A DNA stretch of 64,000 nucleotides, taken from contig JARDVH010000193.1 of the NCBI GenBank assembly GCA_030324005.1, positions 25,510,816-25,574,815 on the forward strand. Reading direction: 5' to 3'. Source of the stretch: Negaprion brevirostris (lineage: Eukaryota). Below the pieces are notes generated by a model. That model had not been told where the DNA came from, ran no database searches, and worked only from the letters and a program-made list of their open reading frames with translations. The position numbers and the translations under genes were made by a program. Positions 26,378-38,640 of the stretch are shown one piece after another (position 1 is the first letter of the stretch; each line of letters starts with the position of its first letter).

Positions 26378-26560
26378 AATTTGCATTTAAATTACACTTT
26401 TCATGTCCTCGGGATGTCCAAGTGTCTCACAGCCCACAAATAAATTTTGAAGTGCAATCACAATAAGTTTATGCAGATAAAAGTGAGAGCCAATCTGCAG
26501 ACAGCAGAATCCCACAAGCAGCAATGAGGTAAGTGGCCAGGCAATGTGTTTTGATGGAGT
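26378..26560 (-). mobile_element. Deu-domain SINE 3' part
   Basis: TTGCATTTAAATTACAC...GGGATGTCCAAGTGTCTCACAGCC...GCCAATCTGCAGACAGCAG. Confidence 0.6.
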
Positions 26561-27323
26561 TGACCGAGTCAGAACGGTACAGCACAGAAGGAGATTATTT
26601 AGCCCATCTTGTCTGTACTGGCTCTCTGAAGGCACAATTCACTTAGTGCCATTTTCCCAGCTTCAGCGGTAGCCCCGACATTCTTCCTCATTAGATAATG
26701 ATCCAATTCCTTTTTGAATTCCTCCATTGAACCTGCCTCCACTGCATTCCTGGGCAGTGCATTCCAGATCCTAACCACTCACTGCTTGAAAATGTTTTTC
26801 CTCATGTTGCCATTGCTGTTTTTGCCAATTACTTTAAGTCTGTGCCCTGTCATTTTCAATCCTTTCATGAGTGGGAACAGTTTCTCCCTATCTACTCTGT
26901 CCCCTCTTTCAAATCTCCTCGCATTTTTGTTTCCTCCAAGTAAAACTGTCCCAGCCTCTCCAATATGCCCACATGAATGAATTTCTTCAACCCTGGAACT
27001 ATTCTCAGAATCATTTCTGCATTTTCTTACATCCTTCTGAAAGTACAGCATCCAGAACTGATTGCAATACTCCAGCTGAGACCAAACTAGTATTTTGTAG
27101 GAGTTCAACATAATTTCTTTGCTTTTGCACTTTATGCCCCTATTAAGAGAACCTCGGGTGCTCTATGCTTTGTTAAGCATGTTCTCAACCTGTCCTGCAG
27201 CTTTCAATGAATTTCACACATACACCTAAGTCTCTCTGTCCTGCACCCACTTTAGAATTGCGCCCTTTAATTTATATTGTTTCTTTGCATCCATTCTAAA
27301 AAAAACTAATCACTTTACATTTC

Positions 27324-27610
27324 ACAGAAGTGTAGAAGGAAGCCATTTGGCCCATCAAGCTGCACGAATAACAGTCCCAATCAGGGCCCATCCCTGTAAC
27401 CCCAAGTATTACCCTACTAATCCCCCTGACATTAAGGGGCAATTCACCATGGCCAATCAACCTAACCCACACATCTTTGGAGTGTGGGAAGAAATCAGAG
27501 CACCCAGAGGAAACCCACACAGATATGGGAAGGATGTGCAAACTTCACAGACAGTTACCTGAGGAATTGAACCCAGGTCCCTGCCGATGTGAGGCAGCAG
27601 TGCTAACCAC
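27324..27610 (-). mobile_element. HE1/V-SINE-like SINE (CR1-type tail A) inserted in the CR1
   Basis: GGTTAGCACTGCTGCCTCAC head, central V-like domain, tail TTGATGGGCCAAATGGCTTCCTTCTAC. Confidence 0.8.
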
Positions 27611-27689
27611 ATCTGCCACTTGTCCACAAATTCCATGAACCTATTTAGGTCCTTTTGAAGTTTGATACCATCATCTTCATAGTTCAAGT

Positions 27690-27868
27690 TTCCTCCTGCA
27701 TTCCAAAGATGTGTGGGTTAAGTTGATTGGCCATGGTGAATTACCCCTTAAGACCAGGGGGATTAGCAAAGTAATGCTTGTTCCAAATAAATCTGTTGGA
27801 CTTTAACCTGGTGTTGTGAGACTTCTTACTATGCCCACCCCAGGCCAATGCTGGATTTCCACATCACC
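27690..27868 (+). mobile_element. SINE fragment fused to a Penelope-derived end
   Basis: 27690-27775 is an inverted partial copy of the neighbouring SINE. 27778-27868 (CCAAATAAATCTGTTGGACTTTAACCTGGTGTTGTGAGACTTC) matches the 49034 and 62706 elements. Confidence 0.7.
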
Positions 27869-30624
27869 AATACTTAAAAGTTTTATATCATCCACAAAGT
27901 CTGAAATTGCACCACATACAACAAGGTCTAGATCATTAATATATATCAGCAAGAGCAGTTGTCACCCATCCCTGGGGAACTACTACAAACCTTCCTCCTG
28001 TCTGAAAAACATCCTGTTCTGTTATTCAGCTAATTCTGTATCTCCAGTGTAATTGTCCTTTTTATTTCAGGATCTCTAATCTTAGAAGTTTGTTGTGTGG
28101 CACTTCAACAAATGCTTTTTGGAAGTCCACTTGCCCATAACAAGTCCATGCTGGCCTTTGTTAACTAACCTGCATTTGTTCAACTGACTTAACTTTCCTG
28201 CATTATCATTTCTAGAAGTTTCCAGATCACTGAGGGTAAGCTAACTGGCTTGTTATGCTGGGCTTGACTTTACACCCTTTTTTGAATAAGGATGAAACAG
28301 CAGCACCATCCCAGGCCAAGGAAGATTGGAAAACTATGGCCAATGCCTTCACCATTTTCGTTCTCACGTCCCACAGCATCCTTGGATGAATCCCATCTGG
28401 TCCTAGTGCCTGATCAACTTTAAATACAGACAGCCTAGCCTATACCTTCTCCTTACCAATTCTAAAGCCTTCAGTGCCTGAACTACCAACTCTTTCACCA
28501 TGGCCTGGGAGACATCTTGTTCCTCGGTTAAATCAGATGCAAATTATTCATTCAACACCTTAGCCATGCTCCGTGCTTCCATGCATAACTCCCCTTTTGG
28601 TCCCTAACTGGCCCCATTCCTCCTTTCACCACCATTTTACATTTATATGGCTACAGAAGAATGTGGGATTCCCTTATGTTAGCTGCCAGTCACTTTTCAT
28701 ACCATCTCTTGGCTTATTTTATTTGCTTTTTCAATTCCCCTCTGAACTTATGTTCACCCTGGTTCTCAGTTGTATTATCCACCCCGACATTTGTCATAAA
28801 CATTTTCTTTTCTTTATCTTAATTCCTATCTCTTTTGCCATCCAGGAAGCTCTGGATTTATTTGTCCTACATTTGTCCTTTAGGGAATATACTTTGATTG
28901 TGCTCAAAATCTCTCCCCTACAAAGTTACCCATTGTTCAGTTACAAATCTTGCCTGACAACCTTTGATTCCAACTTATCTGAGTCAAATTCATTCTTAGA
29001 CCACTGAAGTTGGCTTCCCCACTGTTAATATTCTTACTCTGGATTGTTCCTTGTCCTTTCCCGTAATAATCCTGGACCTCATGATAAAATTATTACTGTC
29101 ACCTAAAGGTTCTCCAAGTAACATTTGACCCATTTAGCCTGCTTCATTCTCAAGAACCAAGTCTTGCCGTGCCTTCTTTCTCATTGGACAGGAAGCATGC
29201 TACTGTAGAAGACTCACCTGAACACACTCTAGGAATGCTTGTCCCCTCTGCCCTTTACACACTACTATGCAATCTCAGTCTACATTTGGATAACTATAGT
29301 ATCCCATTATAACTACTCTATAATTCTTGTATCTCTCTAAGTTTGTTCCTCTAACCTTCCCCACTATTCGGCAGTCTATGGTCTACATAGGACAATGTAA
29401 TTACATCTTTTCTGCTTCGCTCACACTAAATAGATTCGTCCTTAACCTCTCTGGGACAGTCTCTCACTGCAATGTTCTCCTTAATCTGTTGCCTTCTCTC
29501 CATGTCCCTCATTTTCTACTTCTCCTGAACAACTTGCATCCAGGAACATGTAACACCAGGTCCTGTCTTTTTTAGACTCTGGTCTCTGTTAAAGAGACAG
29601 CATCATACTTTCACATAGCTATCTGCACCTCACCAATCTATTTAATACACACTGCTCATTCACATCTACAGACAGCAACCCTTATCTAGAAATGATTACT
29701 TTCCCATTACTCTAAACTGACCTAATGAAGTACCACTGGCTAAACTAATGCTATCTGTCTCTTGTACCGTGTGCATCTTGGTATTCTTTTCTAATGTTAC
29801 CTCTTGATTCCCACAAACCTAATAAGTTAACGTTAATCCTCCTCAAAGTAGTGGCAAATTGCCTCACCAAGAAATTGGTCCCGTCTCCGTTTAGGTGCAA
29901 CCCATCCAGTTTATACATGCTCCATTCCTCCCAATGTCCTAGGAATCTAAAGACCTCTCCTTTGCACCATCTTTCATGTCACACATTCAACAGTTTATAA
30001 CTTTTGAGATCCTGCTTGCCAAATTTCCATTTAGCTCTCCTGGCTCCAGGACCACATTCCATCTTTTCATCAATGTCACTGGTACTAATGTGGACCAAAA
30101 CTGTTGGCTGTTCACCCTCCCACCTTTGGTGTTTTGCAGTCGTTCATTACATCTTTGATCCTGGTATCCGGGAGGCAACACAACATCCTTGATTCATGCC
30201 TATAGTCACAGAAACACCCATCTATTCCCCTAAATATTGCAGCTCCTTTCAATATTACTCTTCCAAACTTCTTTGCATCCTCTTGTACAACAGAGGACTT
30301 GGCTCCAGCTGCACTCCCCAGATGGACTTCCATCAACATTCGAAACTGAATACCAGTTGGAGTGTGAGGTGCATTCAGGGGTCTCCTGCACTACCTGCCA
30401 GTTTCCTCTAGACTGTCTGGTGGCCACCCTCTCTCTGCATATTCTTAAGCCACAAAGTGACCACATTCATTAGCGTGCTAACCTTCAATCTCAAGGATAA
30501 ACTACAGTGACACCAATTGCTGTTCATGTGCTGAAACTTGGAGTTTAAGGTGCTGCAACTATGTTTACATATGTTTACGCAGGGCACAAGCAGCACCTGG
30601 GGAGTTCCCACACTATGTAGGATT

Positions 30625-30870
30625 GAGGTATTAATGCTGGCCAGGGCACATGGTAACCCTCCTTAGTGCTTCTTCAAATAATGTCATGGAATGTTTTACA
30701 TGTACTTCAACAGGCAGATGGGTTCTAAGTAAAAATGTTATTTAAAGGGTGGCACTTCTGACCACGCAACAATTCCTTTGGAGTGTAAATCAATACTTAT
30801 TTGGTCAAATACTGAACTAGGGTTGGAGTAGGGCTCAAGGGCAAGAGTGCTATCACTTCAGTGTGCTGAA
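30625..30870 (-). mobile_element. Deu-domain SINE 5'/central part
   Basis: GCTTCTTCAAATAATGTCATGGAATG...AAAGGGTGGCACTTCTGAC. It may be the other half of 26378-26560, split by the CR1. Confidence 0.55.
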
Positions 30871-31109
30871 GACTTCAGAGGAATTACAGGAAAATGTAGA
30901 ATATTGTGCACCAGAATCAGGGCAAAGTGACCTGTGAACAGTTGGGAAAGTATGAGACAGCAAAATGGATATTCTTAACTTTAAAAGCAATTAAATCTCA
31001 GCGTTCTTCTCAATGGGCAGATGCGAGGACCAATAGGACAAGAAACAGAACAAAAACGGAGATATTTAGTTGTGAAAATCCTTGGCATTTCTAAAGGCGA
31101 TCCTACCGT

Positions 31110-31850
31110 AATCTAAGCCCAATCTAATCTAAGCTTTTACAATATGCTGCATCTAGATCATAATTTTCAACTGAGGTGAAGCATTCCATGTTCTACTAAC
31201 CCTGTGTGGGGAATAATTCTTCCAACTTCCCCATTCATTTTTCTGATAATCCCAGGCTCAGGCCTCTTTGTTACTGATGCACCAGTCAAAGGAATTATCT
31301 TTCACTTTTCACCATCTCAAAACATAACACTACTGTCAGAGTGATCAAAGAAAAGTGCTTCAAGCCTTTCTTCTCAATGTTTACCTCTCACCCCGGTAAC
31401 ACATTAGTAACTCTTCACTCCTTTCGTTTGCTCCACTTTTTCCTGTAATGCAGTGCCTTGAGCAGCCTGAAATACCCCAAATATGGCCTATAATTGGATA
31501 AATTCAACATCACCTCCTTGTTTTTGTATTTAATGCCGCTATATATAAAAATCCTCAATCCCACATTTTTTGTTTTTTTTCCTCTACCGGCACTCCCACT
31601 TCTAAAAAGAATCTAAATACCTACACCCTTAGATCTGTCAATTCTTCAGTCCCCAACCATTTAAGATAAAACTCTTGTACTGTTCTTACTCCTGAAATAT
31701 ACTTCGCGTTTCTCATGTATAGCAGCCACCCATCTCCTTATTTAGCAAAGCCATGCATATCATCATGTACTCTCATCAGTTTGCCAGACTCCCAAATTTT
31801 ATTATTCCACTGTACTTCTACTCAAACATTTTCTATTAAATGGAAATCAA
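31110..31850 (-). mobile_element. Old CR1 3' fragment
   Basis: Degenerate antisense CR1 C-terminal sequence. Confidence 0.5.
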
Positions 31851-31929
31851 AGCATATTCATTAAGAAACAAAACAGAAGTCAGGAATTTGGTGGAATATT
31901 CTCTCATGATGACTGCAGCCTCAAAACAT

Positions 31930-32380
31930 CCTGGAAGCTTGACACCACCCAAGGCAAAGTACTTGATTCATCCCATCCGCCAGCTTAAACATTCATTCCC
32001 TTGATCACCAGTGCCAAGTGGCAGCAGTGTGTACCATCTACAAGATATAGTGCTACATTGCACCAACGCTTCTTCCACAATTCTTTCTAAACCATCAACC
32101 TTTACCACCTAGAAAGGCGAGAGCAGCAAATGCATGGAATACTACCAAATGCAAGTTCCCCATAAAGCTACAACCATCTTAGAACTATACTGCCGTTCCT
32201 TCACTGTCACTGGGTAAAACCCTGAAACTCCTGTCCTAAAAGCAATGTGTTTGTACTTACACCAGATGGGCTGCAGTGGTTCAAGGCAGCAGATCACCAA
32301 CATCTTCCCGACCACAAGTAGGGATGGGCAATAGATACCTGTCTTCCAAGTCACACTCACATCCCATGAACAAATTTAAA
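31930..32380 (+). mobile_element. Non-LTR retrotransposon 3' end
   Basis: LNIHSLDHQCQVAAVCTIYKI-type coding followed by the shared tail. Confidence 0.75.
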
Positions 32381-32389
32381 AGATCATCA

Positions 32390-33420
32390 TACTCCATTCA
32401 CCTATACTGATTACTTTGACATTGTAAATCAAATTAGTCAAGCGGGTCTTTACTGAGAAAAAAGACAAAGTGGTCTATAGCTTACTGCATTAACCGCTTC
32501 CCTTTTCCTGAACAGAGATGTAAATAATGTCCATCCTCCAGCACATTTTCCCAAAAATGGAAATTGTGCCAATGTGCAGGAATTTATTTCAATCAAGTCT
32601 GGCAATGGTGCTTCTTTTAGTTCCACTAACTTTCTTTGCAAATACTGCAGTTTTCTTTACACATTTTTTCTCCACTAATGGCACCTCACTATCCTCCTCA
32701 GGGCTCAGGGCTTCATTTTCCTCTGCAACAGCATAGTCAAAATATTTATTAAACATTACCACCATTTATTTACTCTCAAGTACAAAGTAATCTTCATCTT
32801 TCAGTGGCCTCGTCTATTTTTTTGAGTGCCCTTTTATTTCTTATATATAACATATGGCTGACCAACATTACACATCTCCCTTTTGAACTCCTATCTTTTT
32901 ATTTATATCTTTTATTTTCATCTGTAATTTTTGCTCTAACCTATTTATTCTTGGAGACTCAACCTTTGAGAATCAGAATACATTTAACCTGCTCCTCATT
33001 CATCTACTGCTAAAATATCTGTTGACTCACTATTTGAGCTTCCAATGTTGTTCCAGCCAATTGATCAGGCTAAGTTTCTTTTCAGACCACTCCTTTCAGC
33101 CCAAAGTCTTTATCTTTAGTCCTCTGTCTGTTATTATGTGAACCTAATTAAGTTATCACTAGTATGTCTGAAGTGAGCTTCAACATTCAAATCATTCACT
33201 TGTCCTGCTTTATTTCCTGGAATCTCTCTTTAATGCAATACACTGATTAAAAATCAGGCCTGGGTACACCCCAAAATTCTTTTCATTTGTCGTCTACTTT
33301 AGGACAATTAAATCCATCCATTGTTATAATGTTTTTACCACTTCAAACCTCTCAATTATCTATATATTTAACCTTGCTTTATTTTCCACCATTTGGTGAT
33401 CACAACTGTACTCCCAGGAT
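32390..33420 (-). mobile_element. Old CR1 ORF2 fragment
   Basis: FRKREAVNAVSYRPLCL resembles the CR1 NYRPVSL motif. Confidence 0.6.
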
Positions 33421-33444
33421 GATAACAGATCCCTTATTTCTTAA

Positions 33445-33550
33445 ATTAAAACCACAAAGTGCAGGAAACAGTCAGCAGATCAGCATATGTAGAGTGAGGA
33501 AGGTAGGGTTAACATGTCAGATTCAAGATGTCTTGTCAGAATCTTGGGAT
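33445..33550 (-). mobile_element. Penelope-derived terminal fragment
   Basis: AAACCACAAAGTGCAGGAAACAGTCAGCAGATCAGCATATGTAGAG...GTTAACATGTCAG. Confidence 0.5.
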
Positions 33551-34974
33551 GTTACAGATGAACAGCTTATAAGGAAGAAGGTGATGGGCAACAATGATGA
33601 GGTCAAGGCCAGGAATTGATTAATTGGCAGAAATAGTGACATAGGTGTAAGTGAAGAAGACAATAATAGAAGAAATAAATGATACAGCCAAGGTTCAGAG
33701 GACCTGTAAATGGTTGCAGTTGAATAGCACACAAGGAAAGTACAATAAAGCTGGCAATGCAGAGAAGGCTCCAATGACTCAGAAGTACGATTGACGAACA
33801 AGGCAGGTGGCATTAGGGGAGCAGACCACCCAGCCGCCCAGCTGCTATTCTAACAACCCAACTCAAGCACCAGGTCACAAATTCCTTCTCCTACTTTTCT
33901 TTTTAAAAATTGCTCCACTTTTGTCTTATGCACTTGTCACATTCTTTCTCAGATCTTCTCCCCAGTGAAGCAATTTTATCATGACCAATGGACCCAGCAG
34001 CAACATTGAATTCCTATCGACTGCTGCTGTCAGCTTCACTCCTCCAACACTGATATTTTAATGATAACTCCTCATTCTGAATGTCAGCTTCAGTCCAAGC
34101 TCCTGCTGCTGATTTATAACTGGAGAGGGTCCAGCAGGATAGATAAAGGGAAAGAGGCAGCAATGAAGGTTAGAACTGAGGTCCTATGAGAGTTTTCATT
34201 GAAATATCACCATGCTGGCAGTGTGCTACAGCCATTGGTTCGAACATATTAACTTAAAGGACAACAAAAGGAAAATGTATTTAAGGATGGCAGCCTACCT
34301 GACAAGATGGTCGGCCACATTTAACATTTCATTTTTTTCAGCTGTTGAATAGTATTTTGAAATTTCCATTTACCAGATTATAGTTGACAAATTGTATATA
34401 TACACACACACACAAACAAAACGCTTTCCATATGGGCTGTGATAACAACATAAAATTCTCAGCAACTGTACACAAATTAGCACAGTGAGGCCTTAATAAG
34501 AGGCTACCAAACGAAGTAGAAATCTCCGAGCTTCAGTGAGGGGTTCCATGTAGTCCATCCATCTTGGCCCTCAATGTGAATCATGAGATGTTTGAAAATT
34601 CATCCATAACGCTTGGTAAATTAACTTCTAAATATCAGATATCTTCAAACTACATCTGCCCATTACAATAAAGAATGCTAGTCTACTGAACCTAATGGAA
34701 CCACTAATAAGACTCATGGATGATGTTTGCTAAGTTACTCCGTGGCATGTTAATTAATGTTAGAAACCTAATTTCTTTTACTGGAAAGGAAACTATTACA
34801 AAAGCAGTCTGAATAGATGAGAAGATTACTTTACACATTAAAACACTCTTCATATGCTCACCACAGTTTCAAGTATTTCACAGTTTCTAATTTTTTGATG
34901 TTCAAAGCTTCAATTCCAGCAATTTTCACTCTGCTCATCAGAGGCAATTTTTTGCTACTCCTCACGCTTGCAAG

Positions 34975-35515
34975 AATAAAATAAATTGTTGGTTAGGCCA
35001 CAGATAGAGTATTGTGTGTAGTTCTGGAGTCTACATATAGGAGGGATCTGATAGAATTGGAAAGGATGTAGAGGAGATTTATCAGGGTTTTGTCTAGGCT
35101 GGAAAGTTTTAGTTATGATGTGAGATTTTGCAGATTGGGGTTGTTTCCCTTGAAGTAGACGGTGGGGGGGGGCATAATTAAGATGTATAGCAGACAGGAA
35201 GAAATTTTTCCCCTTACGTGGAGAGATCAAGGACCGGGGGCATACGTTAAAGGTAAAAGGGCAGAAGGTTGAAAGGGGATGTGAGGGAAACCTTTTATCA
35301 CCCAAACGGTGGTGGGAGTCTGGGACTCACTGCCTGACAGAGTGGTGGAAACAGAAACCTTCATAGCATTTAAGAAATATGTAGATGTGCATTTGCTATG
35401 CCAAGGCATGCAAGGCTATGGGCCAAGTGGTGGAAAATGGGATTGGAATAGTTTTTGATTAGCGCAGGCACGATGGGCCAAAGGGCCTTTTCTGCATTGT
35501 AGACCTCCATCAGTC
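34975..35515 (+). mobile_element. CR1/HER1-like LINE 3' end
   Basis: LVRPQIEYCV.FWS...ELERM.RRF coding remnants and tail GCACGATGGGCCAAAGGGCC. Confidence 0.85.
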
Positions 35516-36109
35516 TAAATCAGAAATGTGAACTTTAAAAAAATTACTTCTAAAAAAATTTTAAAGGCAATAAGGTGATGCAAATAAACAAGTTCCAATT
35601 TTCTCCAACAAGCAAATTCAAGCAGATTCCAATTTGGTCTTCAGTGAAAACACCATTTCTGGTGTGTCAACATTCCTGTCATAGTACAATTTATTCAACT
35701 TTTTATTTTAAATATATGTAATAAGCACAGTTCTTCACATTATCCTTTTGGTGCTAGTGGAAAGCATATCATTAATTGTGCATTGGTATAAGGACACAAA
35801 CAAACAGAAAACTGCTAGGTCATCAAGGTGGCCAAGCTTCCAATTCCTCTGGGTAGCTACTGAGCAAAATCCTGTGCTGTTGTACCAAATGTAGTCTGTA
35901 CATTCAAATCCACGAACGTGAATAATACATGTATAAGCACAAAAGAACAAACTGACGTTAAGGAAACTAAAAATAACTTTCACTACAGCTCATTTTTACA
36001 TAATCTGGCAACAAACCCTGCCGACAAAAATCCCATAACGGGTTTCACCAAAAATCTGGTTGCACTTAATCACTTACACGGAAGACTGAAACCCAAATAT
36101 ATCCAATTG

Positions 36110-36355
36110 CCAAGTGACGGCCACAAGGTTCTAGGTTAAGTCCCATTATAGTGCTTGAGGGTCAAAAATCTATGCTGACAGTCCAAAGCAGTACCAAGAC
36201 CCCATCTGCCTATGTGTGCGCATGCAAAAGAGCCCAGACTGCTATTTGAAGAAGAGAGCAGGAGCTCAAACGGCTCAATGTCTGCAGAATTTCCTACATC
36301 ACAACTATTCTTCAAAAGTACTTCATTGGCTGTACAGTACTTAAAAAATTGTATT
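36110..36355 (+). mobile_element. Deu-domain SINE fragment
   Basis: GGTTCTAGGTTAAGTCCCA...AATCTATGCTGACA...GCTATTTGAAGAAGAGAGCAGGAG. Confidence 0.5.
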
Positions 36356-36544
36356 TACACAAGTTATTCTCAGCATGGAAGTTTGGACAAAAAGAAATCC
36401 AAATTATCACAGCTGGATTTAAATTTCTATGGTATTAATAATGAACCAATTATCTTTGCAAACTATCAAACCATCTGTGCAAAGTTTATACTGTACACAC
36501 AAATCAATAATACCGAAAAATGAGAGGCAAAGGTAAGATAACAA

Positions 36545-37270
36545 CTATAGCAAGATGCATTTATAATCCACCTTTAAAGAGGCAGAAATGTCGTAAGTTG
36601 CTTCAAAGGAGCATTAACAGGCAATCACTGACATTGAAATAAAAAAAGGAGATATTAGAATGGATATCCAAAAGCTTGGTCAAAGAAGTAGGTTTTAAAA
36701 TACGTCTTAAAGAAGAGCAAGATGGAGAGTTTTAAGGGAAATAATTCCAGAGCTTTGATCTTGGACAAATGAATGAAGATAGGTGAATGGGGCCTGGTGT
36801 GGATACAGACAGCAAAGTTTTGCATGAGCTTAAGTTTAAAGAGATTGGAGATAACAACAATATGGATGAAGGTTTCCGCAGCAGGTGGGGAGAGGCAGAG
36901 AAGAGTGTCATTAGGGAGGTGGATGTTGGCAGTTATTGCGATATGGCAGGATATGAATCACAATTCAAAGCTAACTAGGATGCTGAACTTACAAATAGAT
37001 TGATTACATCCAAGATAGTGACCAGGAAAGTCAGATGGAATTGGTAGCGAGGGAATGGAGGTTATGATGGGGACTGAAAGTAATGGCTTCAAACTTCACA
37101 ATATTTAATTGGAAGGAACTGTGGCTCATTTAGGGCTGGTAACTGGACATAGAGTCTGACAACACAGGCAGTGGAAGTGATCAAATGAGGTCATTTTAGG
37201 GTGGAGTTGGATCAGTTAGTTTTCAAACCTAGTATCATGTCTTTGGAGGGTATTGGTGAGGGTCAGCATT
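36545..37270 (-). mobile_element. L2-type LINE 3' region
   Basis: ACAAC repeat tail, TGCATTTATAA and antisense L2 C-terminal sequence. Confidence 0.65.
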
Positions 37271-38640
37271 ATCTATCTTTACTCCACATCCCTTGATATC
37301 TTTGCCTAACAAAAATCTATCTCCACTGTCCTTGCAATTATCTGAGCATCTGCAGCTTTTTGGGAGAAATGTCCCCTATATTTTTACATTGGTCCTCCTG
37401 ATTTCACTTCTGGATGTCAAGGCTTTAACTTNNNNNNNNNNNNNNNNNNNNNNNNNNNNNNNNNNNNNNNNNNNNNNNNNNNNNNNNNNNNNNNNNNNNN
37501 NNNNNNNNNNNNNNNNNNNNNNNNNNNNNNNTAGGATTATGTGCTGTTGTTCTTGATCCCTCTATAAGAGGAAATAGGTTCTCTGTATTTACTGTATCCA
37601 ATCCTCAAAGGAGAAGACCAAGATGAGAAGTTAAAGGAGGGAATTCCAGAACTTGGATTTCCGACTGCCGAAGGGCACCGGTGAACAGGGCTAGATGCAG
37701 GTTAAGATACGGATTTAAGTTGATCCTTTCAAACCATTTTAAAATTTTAAGTGCCTCAATTAGATCACCTCATCACATATAATTTAATCCTCAGGTCCAG
37801 TATTATTCTGGCAAATCTGCACTGCACCCCTCCTAGACCAATACATCAAGAGCTTTGTTGAAAGATCATTGATCTGAAATGTTAACTCATCACACTTCAC
37901 AGGTGCTACTTGACCTGTTGACTGATTCCAGCATTTTATTTTTGTGTTTATTCCAATATATCCTGGATGAATTGCAGTGTTCAAAACTGAACAAAATACT
38001 CCAGATGGGTTTGACCAATTATAACTACCTCTTCTTTATACTTAAGATAAAACAATATAGGTGTTTTGATAGTTACTTGCACCACTCTTCACAGTTTAAA
38101 TGAATTATGTGTGTTGATTCCTAAATCTTTTTGTTCCTCTAAAGCTCCTAATTTTTGAAACAATACTTAAATTCATCTTTCCAAAATGGATGGCATCAGG
38201 TTTAACTACTCAACTTGTTCATGCCCCCTTAAAATTTCCTGCTCCCATTTGGACTACTTACTGTCACCCCTAATTTACTGCTGTTTGCAAGCCTAGATGG
38301 TCAACCTTTTACGTCTTGATCCAAGTCATTAATAAATTTGATGCAAATTTGAGGCCTCAGAGCAGATCTCTGTGGAATGCCACCTGCCACATCCAGCCAG
38401 AGTGGCTGCCCTTCAGTGTCACTCTCTACTTTCCATCTCCCAATTAATTTCCAACCCAAGTCAAAAGGCTACCTTCAGTTCTGCATGCTCTTATTTTTGC
38501 TCATAATTTCTTGTGTGAAATCTAATCAAATACCTTTGTGAAGTCAATATAGGGAAAAAAACATATATGCTACCTTATTTGTAACATCCTCTAAACATTC
38601 AACCAATTTAGTCAGACATGACTTATTCTCCACAACTGAT
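37270..38640 (-). mobile_element. Decayed CR1 fragments with an embedded Penelope end (37850-37950, +)
   Basis: Antisense CR1 RT remnants; GAAATGTTAACTC...GGTGCTACTTGACCTGTTGA...CCAGCATTTT. Confidence 0.6.

Larger units (their letters stand above)
26570..30620 (-). mobile_element. Near full-length decayed CR1 LINE (ORF1 Cys motif and esterase-like region, ORF2 remnants) with nested insertions
   Basis: 3' end at ~26570; YKILVWSQLEYCNQFW at ~27100; RT and endonuclease remnants; ORF1-like RGIDGCFC...SRMLCCLPDTRIKDV at ~30140-30240; Cys-rich start at ~30560-30615. Confidence 0.8.
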
